From Leucoraja erinacea (lineage: Eukaryota), in assembly GCF_028641065.1 (NCBI RefSeq), contig NW_026576497.1, positions 62,001 through 95,064 of the forward strand: a stretch of 33,064 bases of DNA, in the 5' to 3' direction. Both the position numbers and the translations under genes were made by a program. The notes below the pieces were generated by a model that searched no databases, was not told the DNA's origin, and was given only the letters and a program-made list of their open reading frames with translations. Below, piece after piece: positions 1 through 10,539 of this stretch (position 1 is the stretch's first letter; each line of letters opens with the position of its first letter).

Positions 1-175
1 CTCATCCAAATCTTCGATATCAATGACAAACATCATTGGGCCCAGAACTGATGCTTTAGGCAGACAACTAGTCGCAGGCATCCAATCCGAAAAAAAATAT
101 CTTCCGCCATCCTACTCTGCTTTCTCCCTTCAAGTTGATTTTCTCCCCATTTAACAAAATCCACCTGGATCTCGT
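1..175 (-). mobile_element. Old CR1 RT fragment
   Basis: Minus strand encodes SVLGPMMFVIDIEDLDE, a diverged SVLGPLLFVIYINDLDE. Confidence 0.65.
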
Positions 176-220
176 GCTACCGTTCCAGGGCAGCCAACCA
201 CGCGGCACTTTATAACATGA

Positions 221-790
221 CATGGAGTATTGCGTACAGTTTTGTTCTCCAAATCTAAGGAAGGACATTATTGCCATAGAGGGAGTGCAGAGAAGGTTCA
301 CCAGACTGATTCCTGGGATGTCAGGACTGTCTTATGAAGAAAGACTAGACAGACTTGGTTTATACTCTCTAGAATTTAGGAGATCGAGAGGGGATCTTAT
401 AGGAACGTACAACATTCTTAAGGGGTTGGACAGGCTAGATGCAGGAAGATTGTTCCCGATGTTGGGGAAGTCCAGGACAAGGGGTCACAGCTTAAGGATA
501 CGGGGGAAATCCTTTAAAACCGAGATGAGAAGAACTTTTTTCACACACAGAGTGGTGAATCTCTGGAACTCTCTGCCGCAGAGGGTAGTCGAGGCCACAG
601 TTCATTGGCTATATTTAAGAGGGAGTTAGATGTGGCCCTTGTGGCTAAGGGGATCAGAGGGGATGGAGAGAAGGCAGGTACGGGATACTGAGTTGGATGA
701 TCAGCCATGATCATATTGAATGGCGGTGCAGGCTCGAAGGGCCGAATGGCCTACTCCTGTACCTAATTTCTATGTTGCTATGTTTCTATG
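221..790 (+). mobile_element. CR1/HER1 3' fragment
   Basis: EYCVQF...VQRRFTRLIPG...VNLWNSLP, 3'UTR and tttctatg tail. Confidence 0.95.
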
Positions 791-904
791 CCCTGCTGGA
801 CATAAAATGTCCACAACATTTCCCTCATCAACTAGTGCATATATCATAGGATTTTTCTGGAGGCCTCTTATAAAGAGACGTACGTTATCCTCCCTCCATC
901 GTGC

Positions 905-1330
905 CGGCGAAACACAGCGAACCAGGCAGCATCTCATAGATGGATGAGGTTTTGGGTAAGGACCATTCTACAGACCGATTGTGGTGGTGGTGGGGCTGGG
1001 ACTGAGGGGAGAGAAGGCTGGAAGGAGCTTCACAATTACCGGCTGTTTACTCCTTTTTGTGTCAGGGCTTTTGTCTTTTCAACTCTGGGCTTGCTCCAAC
1101 TAGTTGCCTATCAACGCCCCTTCTCTCCTGTGTCCCCTTAGATATGGCCAGGCTTTGAGATAACCCCCCTATCTTTCGACTGATAACCTCTACCCCCTCA
1201 CCGCAATCATTCTGAAGAACTGCCCCGAACTGAAACTCCATCCATGTTCTCCAGAAATTCTACCTGACCCGTTGAGTTACTCCAGCATTCTGTGCATTAT
1301 TTTTTTGTATTCCAGCATCTGCAGTTTTGT
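905..1330. repeat. Degenerate fold-back (Penelope-like terminal) repeat
   Basis: caggcagcatct at left; ctgaagaa...gaaac...gagttactccagcatt...ccagcatctgcagtt at right. Confidence 0.6.
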
Positions 1331-1649
1331 CAGTTTCCCAACAATAATTTGCTGTTGTTATTCTGATAGTCAACGCCAATGTAGATGGTGAATTGGTGCG
1401 AAAATGGATACAAACTGAAGAGCGTACCATTTAGTATGTTCAAACGGTGATATATATTCTGTTCCTGGGGCTCGGGGGGGATCGAGTGATACGTGGAAGA
1501 AGGGGGATAGGGGATTGAATTGGGGCAATCGGCCGTGATCAAATAAAAATGCGGAATCAGCATGTCGTGCCGAAAGTCCCAGAATGCTCCGATTAACCGC
1601 GTTCTGGGGAAACTGATCCGAAAAACATTATTCATACCTGAAGAGTCGA

Positions 1650-1734
1650 GAGGCTGAAGAATGGTCTCGAGCCGAAACGTCACCCATTCCTTCTCCTCAG
1701 AGATGCTGCCTGGCCCGCCGAGTTATTCCAGCAT
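1650..1734 (+). repeat. Same repeat family, with the best-preserved hammerhead-like core
   Basis: CTGAAGA atggtctcgagcc GAAAC GTC at 1654-1681, then acccattccttctcc..agagatgctgcc. Confidence 0.7.
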
Positions 1735-2406
1735 AGCTTTCATAGCAAAAGGATTCCAGCTAGCTTTCATAGCAAAATGATTTGAGTATAGGAGCAGAGA
1801 GGTTCTACTGCAGTTGTACAGGGTCTTGGTGAGACCACACCTGGAGTATTATGTACAGTTTTGGTCTCCAAATCTGAGCAAGAACATTATTGCCATAGAG
1901 GGAGTGCAGAGAAGGTTCACCAGACTGATTCCTGGGATGTCAGGACTGTCTTATGAAGAAAGACTGGATAGACTTGGTTTATACTCTCTAGAATTTAGGA
2001 GATTGAGAGGGGATCTTATAGAAACTTACAAAATTCTTAAGGGGTTGGACAGGCTAGATGCAGGAAGGTTGCTCCCGATGTTAGGGAAGTCCAGGACAAG
2101 GGGTCACAGCTTAAGGATAAGGGGGAAATCCTTTAAAACCGAGATGAGAAGAACGTTTTTCACACAGAGAGTGGTGATTCTCTGGAACTCTCTGCCACAG
2201 AGGGTAGTTGAGGCCAGTTCATTGGCTATATTTAAGAGGGACTTAGATGTGTCCCTTGCGGCTAAATGGATCCGGGGTATGGAGATAAGGCAGGTACGGG
2301 ATACTGAGTTGGATGATCAGCCATGATCATATTGAATGGCGGTGCAGGCTCGAAGGGCCGAATGGCCTACTCCTGCACCTAATTTCTATGTTTCTATGTT
2401 TCTATA
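1735..2406 (+). mobile_element. CR1/HER1 3' fragment
   Basis: RPHLEY...WNSLP, 3'UTR and (tttctatg)n tail; near-identical to other copies in the window. Confidence 0.95.
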
Positions 2407-2619
2407 TTGTGTCCACCTTCGATTTAAATCAGCATTTGCAGTTCTTTCCTGCACGTAATATTAAAGCGGTTGAGCTATGTAACGCGTGTAGAGCTGCAAA
2501 TCGAGAAATGGCCTGGGAAATGCGAGTGAGATGTTGTGAGACGGTTTGGGCAACACATCTGATGAAGGCTGTGCTGGTCCTGGACAGAGAGGAGAGGAAT
2601 GGGTGAGCATATAATCTCC

Positions 2620-3120
2620 GCTTAAAGGCACTCGCTGGAGTTTAGAGGAATTGCCTCGGATCGATGCTCCAATCGCGGCCTGCAGACTTTAACATCAAGG
2701 GCTCGCAGTCTCTGGTGAGACCGAGTCGGGAAGCACCTTAAGCAGCTGGACGTTCGACAAGCGCAGACCCGAGGTCAGATCGCCGGCGCGGGGTAACTGA
2801 GATTCCCCACCGATGCGGGAGCTGATCGGCCCCACGAGGAAGGCCCACCGCCAGCTACGGGAATATGATCTTCCGGTCAACGGAAGGTTAGAGGCCCCCG
2901 ACCGCTGGAGGACAAAGAAGGGAAGAGATTGAAATTTTGGTTTTACCTTCATTACAGTGAGAAATGTGGAGGGGTCACTGTGATGAATGTTGATGTTAAC
3001 ATGTATTTTGTGTGTTCGGTTGCTTTTTATTTAATTTGTATGAATGACTTGGCAAATGAAATTCCTCGTATGTTGCAAACAATACTCCGCCAATAAAGTA
3101 TAATTGTATTGTATTGTATT
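2620..3120 (+). repeat. Non-coding CpG-rich interspersed repeat, copy A
   Basis: Shares a hairpin and 3' region with 4790-5426 and 8520-9297; ends aataaa...(ttgta)n. Confidence 0.7.
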
Positions 3121-3399
3121 GAATGGTGGGATTTGATGGGACAAATGGCCTCATACGGCTCGTATCACTTATGGTCTTCTGATTTTATGAGTGCATAGAG
3201 TGGAAGTAATAACGTAATGTTAAAACAATAGCTTTTCATGGACGACCTATCAAAGAGAAACATATAAAGTATTGCTTCTCAAGATCATCAGCTGCATTTA
3301 ATGTAAGAAGGAACCCTAACGAGAGCGATTAGTCAACAACAAACGCGACTGTAGTGTCGTTGTCGCAGAATCGTCAACGTTTGTCCGCAGACACTGACT

Positions 3400-4130
3400 G
3401 CGTTGTCTCCCAAGTCTTTCAGACCGCTCCAGGAATATTGTGCGCAATTTTCGTCTCCTAAGTTGAGGAAGGACATTATTGCTATTGGGGGAATGCAGCG
3501 TAGGTTCGCTAGGTTAATTCCCACGATGGCGGGACTGAAGTCTGATGAAAGAATGGGTCGACTGGGCTTCTATTCGCGGGAATTTAGAAGGATGATAGCA
3601 GATCTAATAGAAACATATAATATTATAGACAACAGACAACGGACAATAGGTGCAGGGTAGGCCATTCGACCCTTCGAGCCAGCACCGCCATTCAATGTGA
3701 TCATGGCTGATTATCCCCAATCAGTACCCCGTTCATGCCGTCTTCCCATATCCCCTGACTTCGCTGTCTCTGTATCCAGAGAACAGGCCTCCATCGCTCT
3801 CTGAGGCAGAGAATTCCACAGACTCACAACTCTCTGTGAGAAAAAGTGTTTCCTCCTCTCCGATCTAAATGGCGTATCCTTTATTCTCAAACTGCGGCCC
3901 CTGGTTCTGGACTCCCCCAACATTGGGACATATTTCCAGGCTCTATTGTGTCCAAACCCTTAATAATATCATATATTACAATAGGATTCCCTCTCATCAT
4001 TCTGAGCTCCAGAGTATACAAGCCCAGCCGCTCCATTCTCTCAGCATATGACATGACCACGTTGAACGGCGGTGCTGGCTCAAATGTTCGAATGGCCTCG
4101 TCCTGCACCAGTTTTAGTATGTTTCTACCT
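3400..4130. mobile_element. Cluster of older CR1 fragments in both orientations
   Basis: + strand QEYCAQFSSP...MQRRFARLIP (3403-3630); - strand 3'UTR and ORF2 end (3640-4030); + strand 3'UTR remnant (4050-4130). Confidence 0.8.
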
Positions 4131-4350
4131 CTACCTGTATGCGCATGTGACGCAGCAGGGAGACGATACGGTGCGCCACTCCGAACAGCAGCAGTTCTTG
4201 AAGTTCTTGAGACACCTCATCACTGCATTAACCAAAGGCCGGACGAGAGCGCCAGATTCATGCACGGAGTTGGAAAACTACGTGGGGGTGATAAAGTACC
4301 GGCTATTTCCCATGACTGTCGTGTGTCGTCGTGCTGGGATGTCCTTGTTT

Positions 4351-4592
4351 AGAAACATAGAAACATAGAGATTAGGTGTAGGAGTAGGCCATTCGGCCCT
4401 TCGAGCCTGCACCGCCATTCAATATGATCATGGCTGATCATCCAACACAGTGTCCCGTACCTGCCTTCTCTCTATACCCCCTGATCCCCTTAGCCACAAG
4501 GGCCACATCTTAAACTCCCTCTTAAATATAGCCAATGAACTGGCCTCGACTACCCTCTGTGGCAGAGAGTTCCAGAGATTCACCACTCTCTG
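4351..4592 (-). mobile_element. CR1/HER1 3' end
   Basis: (catagaaa)n tail, QRVVNLWNSLP; possible 6-bp TSD tgttta. Confidence 0.93.
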
Positions 4593-4789
4593 TTTAATCG
4601 GTTGGCTGGAAAAACACAAGAAAATACTTTGATACACTTTCTCCCCTCTTCCAATGGGGTTCGGTTATAAGATTGCCGTCTGTTTAGGACGGAGATAATT
4701 TGAAGAAGGTAACTTACATCGAGGTAGAGTTTGGTCGCAGTCAGAGATTGAAACTACAAAGTTACAATTTGAACCCCGGGAACAAATTG

Positions 4790-5426
4790 CTGTGTTGCAG
4801 GAGACCAGCAGGAACGACCTGGGGCTCCAGCTGCGGAGCTGCCGACTACTCACCGTGACGGGGCTGGCCGAGTCCGGAGCGGGTGGAGCGGTGGTGGAGC
4901 GCTGCTGCCACCAGACCTCCGGAGATTCGGAGGCTGCAACTGCGGGTCTGGCGGATGGCGGCACCCGGAGCCCGCGGGTCCCTGCTGGGAGACCGCTTTT
5001 CGGGGCTTCCGCAACGGCGACTTCTCCCGCCCGAGTTGCGGGGTTGAAGAGCACCTGAGCGGGACCTTACATCATCGCCCCGCGCGGCCTGGAATGGCCG
5101 CGGGACTTTGCGAGCGCACGCCGGGGGCTCTTACAACTAGACCCGGTGTGCGACCTTGCATCACCCAGCGTGGCTTTAATGGCCGCGGGACAATCGCCAT
5201 CGCCAGCAGGGGGCGTTGACTTTGACTCTGACTCTGACTCTGACATCGGGGGGGGAGAGTGCAGTGGAGAGATACGTTTTTTTGCCTTCCATCACAGCGA
5301 TGTGATGGATGTTTGTGTAACTGTGTTGTGTCTCGGGGCTTTTTTGTTTTGTAATGTATGGCTGCAGAAACGACATTTCGTTTGAACCTCAAGGGGTCCA
5401 AATGACAAATAAATTGTATTGTATTG
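4790..5426 (+). repeat. Non-coding CpG-rich interspersed repeat, copy B
   Basis: ccttccatcacagcgatgtgatgga hairpin; ends aacgacatttcgtt...aatgacaaataaa(ttgta)n. Confidence 0.7.
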
Positions 5427-5768
5427 TTGCTGTTTCATTGTTTGCGTATTTTCGTGCTAGTAGTGGAGTGCGCCATCTGGCGGCTCCGTGCACAATTGCA
5501 TGCGGTGTGTTTCTGTGCGTGTCCGCCGTGTTTCTTCGGCAACGTGGCGGAGTCGGTAATCTCGGACGCGCGGATGATTAACCTAATAAGGTTTTTGCAG
5601 CCTTATTGTACGTGGAAGAGAATCGGACTGTGAGATCCCCATTTCTCTTTAGTATCCTTGCCGTAATCCGAAACAGGGTCACTTGCTGCCGCCCACGTCG
5701 CTGTCTGTACCAATAAACATTCAGGATTGTCCCTGCCATTCTAAAGGAGCATTCTAGCGCGATGGCAT

Positions 5769-6416
5769 CTTCATAGCAAAAGGATTTGAGGATTTGAGTA
5801 TAGGAGCAGGGAGGTTCTACTGCAGTTGTACAGGGTCTTGGTGAGACCAAACCTGGAGTATTGCGTACAACTTTGGTCTCCAAATTTGAGGAAGGACATT
5901 ATTGTCATAGAGGGAGTGCAGAGAAGGTTCACCAGACTGATTCCTGGGATGTCACGACTGTCTTATGAAGAAAGACTGGATAGACTTGGTTTATACTCTC
6001 TAGAATTTAGGATATTGAGAGGGGATCTTATAGAAACTTGCAAAATTCTTGAGGGGTTGGACAGGCTAGATGCAGGAAGATTGCTCCCGATGTTGGGGAA
6101 GTCCAGGACAAGGGGTCACTGCTTAAGGATGAGGGGAAATCCTTTAAAACCGAGATGAGAAGAACTTTTTTCACACAGAGAGTGGGCGAATCTCTGGAAC
6201 TCTCTGCCACAGAGGGTAGTCGAGGCCAGTTCATTGGCTATATTTAAGAGGGAGTTAGATGTGGCCCGTGTGGCTAAGGGGATCAGAGGGTATGGGGAGA
6301 AGGCAGGTACGGGATACTGAGTTGGATGATCAGCCATGATCATATTGAATGGCGGTGCAGGCTCGAAGGGCCGAATGGCCTACTCCTGCACCTAATTTCC
6401 ATGTTTCTATGTTTCT
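5769..6416 (+). mobile_element. CR1/HER1 3' fragment
   Basis: RPNLEYC...RGH, 3'UTR and tail. Confidence 0.95.
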
Positions 6417-6604
6417 AACATTGCAAAGAGTAGCGGGAAGCCAGAGAATTGGGAAACTTTCAAAGGACAGCAGAAGGTAACAGAGAGAGCAATACGGGGT
6501 GTTTCTATGTTCTATGTTAACTGCGAACGTCATTTCAGAGACCGACTGTGCCACCGAGTCCTGAATGCTCCAGTCTAACAATAAACCATATGTCAGTTAA
6601 CATG

Positions 6605-6735
6605 TGTAGGAAGGAACTGTAGATGCTGATTTAAACCGAAGATAGACACAACAACTGGATTGACTTAGCGGGGCATGCAACATCTCTGGAGATAAGGAAT
6701 GGGTGACGTTTCGGGTCGAGATCCTTCTTATGAGT
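6605..6735 (-). repeat. Same repeat family
   Basis: tgtaggaaggaactgtagatgctg...gggtgacgtttcgggtcgagatccttctt. Confidence 0.75.
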
Positions 6736-6739
6736 CTCG

Positions 6740-7625
6740 AAATATATATATTAATGATTTGGACGAGGGAATTGAATGCAGCATCTGCATTTTTTGCGGA
6801 TGACACGAAGCTGGGGGCAGTGTTAGCTGTGCGGAGGATGCTAGGAGGCTGCAAGGTGACTTGGATAGGCTGAGTGATTGGGCAAATGAATGGCAGATGC
6901 AGTATAACGTTGGTGACAAGAACAGGAAAGTAGACTATTATCAGAATGATGGCCGATTAGGAAAAGGGGAGATGCAACGAGACCTGGATGTCATGGCACA
7001 CCAGTCATTGAAAGTCGGCATGCAGGTGCAGCAGGCAGTGAAGAAAGCGAATGGTATGTTAGCATTCATAGCAAAAGCATTTGAGTATAGGAGCAGGGAG
7101 GTTCTACTGCAGTTGTGCAGGGCGTCGGTGAGATCACATGGTGAGATTCCTGGGATGGCAGGACTTTCATATGAAGAAAGACTGGATAGACTCGGCTTGA
7201 ACTCGCTAGAACTTAGAAGATTGAGGAGGGATCATATAGAAACTCACAAAATTATTACGGGGTTGGACAGGCTAGATGCAAGAAGATTGTTCCCGATGTT
7301 GGGGAAGTCCAGAACAAAGGGTCACAGTTTAAGGATAAGGAGGAAGTCTTTTACGATCGAGATGAGAAAAAGAAATCACACAGAGAGTGGTGAATCTGTG
7401 GAATTCTCTGCCACAGAAAGTAGTTGAGGCCACAGTTCATTGTCTATATTTAAGAGGGAGTTGGATGTGACCCTTGTGGCTAAAGGGATCAGGGGGCATG
7501 GAGAGAAGGCAGGTACAGGATACTGAGTTGGTTGATCAGCCATGATCATATTGAATGGCGGTGCAGGCTCGAAGGGCCGAATGGCCTACTCCTGCACCTA
7601 TTTTCGATGTTTCTATGTTTCTATG
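6740..7625 (+). mobile_element. CR1/HER1 3' fragment with internal deletions
   Basis: [28 protein letters not shown], 3'UTR and tail. Confidence 0.93.
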
Positions 7626-8109
7626 AAACGCCACACATTCCTTCTCTCCAGTAGCCCGTCTGTGTCCATATCAGTTTACATAATTTCTTCAATCACCCCT
7701 TTCTCCAATTTAATATGTGCAGTAACAAGACTCAAGAAATAATTTTGGAGACGGAAATACTAACCGACGGAGCACGGAGCGATGAAGATCCGCATGATGT
7801 TTCCGACTCCACAGGCCAGGAAACCCACCGGCGGAGCACAATTGTTGGGGCTTCCCCCCCCCCCCCCCCGTCCCCGATGAATGGTCCAAATACGAGCAGC
7901 CACCCGCCGTAACCAGCCCTTCAGGGTCACAGGTCTGACAAAGCATTCAGACCTAGAGGATCAAATGTGACCTCGATGGTACAGCCACAACTGTTGACAC
8001 TGAGCAGAGTACGGGCTGTGTGAACGTGCGCAGCGCTGTTCTGCTGCGACCGGAGTTTGTCAAATGAAATAACGTGAGTGCATTGCGCTTGCTCACCGCG
8101 ACGCGCCAT

Positions 8110-8447
8110 TTTTTTAATTTATTTTTTATTACATCAAAATGTATTCAATTATTAAAAATAATATTTACACTACAATAAAACAATCCAGAACCCACCACCA
8201 TAATACAATACAAATATGTATCCGTAATAAACTATTATACAACTATGATACAATCCTTATTGAGGATACATTCAACACGCTGCGGAGCCCAGCGGTCCCG
8301 GTACTCCATCAGGGTGCCCGTAAACAGGGCGTATTCCCTTTCTAATCACGGACGAAACCCCGGAAAAGGGGCAGGCAGCTGGCTCGGGTAGAGCCCTCCA
8401 CCGTCTGGCGCCGTGACTCGCGGATGGCCAGCTTGGCAAGGCCCAGG
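8110..8447 (-). mobile_element. 5'-truncated Tx1-like LINE 3' end with 14-bp TSD
   Basis: Minus strand LGLAKLAIRESRRQTVEG...CLPLFRGFVR...EREYALFTGTLMEYRDRWAP; A-rich tail at 8110; direct repeat CCGCGACGCGCCAT at 8096-8109 and 8448-8461. Confidence 0.85.
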
Positions 8448-8519
8448 CCGCGACGCGCCATGGTAGGAATGAGACCCTACCGCCGATTGTACAGCACTAC
8501 TGCAAAAGTAAACATTACT

Positions 8520-8629
8520 GACCACCATGGAGGTGGTTATCACTGCCGGCAGTCTGTTAGTTTTCTCAACTTTTGTTAGTTTTAGTGTCTGTTTAAAGTT
8601 TGTTTTTTATGTTTTTTAATTTGTTTCAT

Positions 8630-8670
<41 letters not shown>

Positions 8671-9297
8671 TTTTTTCAAGTCCTTACCTTCGCGGAGTTG
8701 TGATCATTTTTAGGATCACATTGTCAGGGATCTGCGGCCTATCAACGCTGGAGCTGGGCGCGGCCTCGGCCTGCCGTGAGCCCCACCGCGGGACACGGAC
8801 TTACAATCGGAGCGGATCCCTTGCCTGGTATCGCTCCCACCGCGTCCACCGTGGACTTACCAACAAGGGCTCGAAGTCTCGGGAGAGGCAGGTCGGGAGT
8901 TCTAACGCCGCAGAAGGTTAGTCCCCGAGCCCCGAGGCGCGAGGTTCGATCGCCCGGCGCGGGGAAGGTGACAACCACCCCGCCCCCCCCCCCTCCCCCT
9001 CCCCCCCCCCCCCCCCCCCCCATGCAGGAGCTGAACGCCTCGCCGCCGACTACCGGAGTTAAGACCGTTCCATCAACGTGGTCTCGAGACGCCCCCCGAC
9101 CAATGAAGAACAAAGGAAGACACTTGAACTTTATTTCAACTTCCATCACAGTGAGGAATGTGGGGGAGTCACTGTGGTGGACGTTCATATTAAATATGTT
9201 TTTGAACCTGTTGTTTTTAATTGTATGACTGACCTGGCCATTGAAATTCCTGATATGTTGCAAAACATACTTGGCGGGTAAAATCTGCTTCTGATTC
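8520..9297 (+). repeat. Non-coding CpG-rich interspersed repeat, copy C
   Basis: 3' ~200 bp aligns by eye with copy A (gaaattcct..tatgttgcaaa..atact); internal poly-G and poly-C runs. Confidence 0.7.
8631..8667. repeat. Poly-G run
   Basis: 37 consecutive G. Confidence 0.95.
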
Positions 9298-9364
9298 GGA
9301 AATTCTACTGTTGTAGGTTACTCTCTTCCACCGGTCTCGTCCTGACCACCGTTCTACTCTGTGG

Positions 9365-9556
9365 GAAATAACTGCAAATGCTGGTTTACACCGAAGGTAG
9401 ACACAACATTCCGGAACAGGCAGCATCTCTGGAGAGAAGGAATGGGTAACGTTTCGTGTCGACACCACTCTTCCGTCTGGTATGTTTAATGCGTCACCTA
9501 TTCCTTCTCTCCAGAGATGCTGCCTGCCCCGCTCAGATACTCCAGCATTTTGTGTT
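9365..9556. repeat. Same repeat family, fold-back arrangement
   Basis: caggcagcatctctggagagaaggaat inverted against attccttctctccagagatgctgcctg. Confidence 0.75.
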
Positions 9557-9684
9557 CATTTCCGATCTGCTGGGTTCATTCGATTTTTACAAATAGAACA
9601 ATCCCACTGCTACCCAGATTCGTTCCCAAACACACCTACCTCATCGGCTACATGCTTCTCCCAGCGCATTACCACAGTGATGAT

Positions 9685-10004
9685 GGCATACTGGCGCATC
9701 TGCAAGAGCTGCTCTCTCATAGCGCCAGATACCCGGGTTCGGACCTGACATCGGGAGCTGCCTCTGAGAGTTTGCACTTTCTCCCTGTGATCCTGTGGGT
9801 TTCTCCGGGTGCTCCGGTATATTCCCACTTGCCAAAGATGTGCCGATTTGTACGTTATTCGTCCTCTGCAGTTTGCATCCAGCGTGCAGAGAGTGGATGA
9901 GTGAGTTGGGCTATAAATGTAGTGTGGATGGGTGATAGAGGGGCATTGGAGATTCAGTGGGCCGAAGAGGCTCTTTCCATGCTGCATCTCTAAACTAAAC
10001 TAAA
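9685..10004 (+). mobile_element. HE1-type tRNA-derived SINE
   Basis: A/B-box-like head (tggcgca...gggttcggacc), central gtgggtttctccgggtgctccggt domain, CR1-like 3' end and (taaac)n tail. Confidence 0.85.
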
Positions 10005-10394
10005 CAAAACAACCCTCTCACGCATTCCATCCCTCCAATGTTCCTCCTTGACAACATCCCTGCCTCACCTGTTTGAAGTAATCACCTTCCTTTCTTCTTA
10101 GGTTCCATCATCCCAAGTCCTTTGATCTTTCCATTTATCACTCCCAATCCCTGGCGCAACCTCCACAATTCATTCCCTAAGAGGCCTCGAGAGTATATGC
10201 CAAGGAATCCCGATTTAAAATTATACTCCGATCGCATGCGTTCTTGTCCGAAATCTACCTCTCACACCGTTTTGCTGGCTAGCTCCATTCTACCAACCTC
10301 CTTTCTATTGCCTCCATTTACTTAAAGCTCGCGAGGCCTCGCCAAGGCTCGCAGCATGATCAAGGACGAGTTGCGCCGTGACGACTCGATCTTC

Positions 10395-10530
10395 TCCCAT
10401 TCCCATCTGGAAAATGGAATAGAATTGTGAAAACGCACACCTCCAGATTCAGGGACAGTTTCTCCCCAGCTGTGATCAGGCAAAGTGATCGTCCTACCAC
10501 AACCAGGGGGCAGTGCTGAACTACTATGTA
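10395..10530 (+). mobile_element. Rex1/Babar-type LINE C-terminal fragment
   Basis: PSGK...VKTHTSRFRDSFSPAVIRQ. Confidence 0.65.
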
Positions 10531-10539
10531 CTTCTTTAG

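Noticed and set aside
4130-4350. Non-repeat stretch open in two frames
   Set aside because: No recognisable domain or convincing splice sites; ORF starts come from the flanking CR1.
8448-8490. Faint resemblance (ggtagg...cctaccatgg on -) to an 18S rRNA helix
   Set aside because: The match is too short and there is no flanking rRNA similarity.
9147-9176. Inverted CACAGTG/CACTGTG pair resembling RSS heptamers
   Set aside because: No nonamers; they are the two arms of the repeat-family hairpin.
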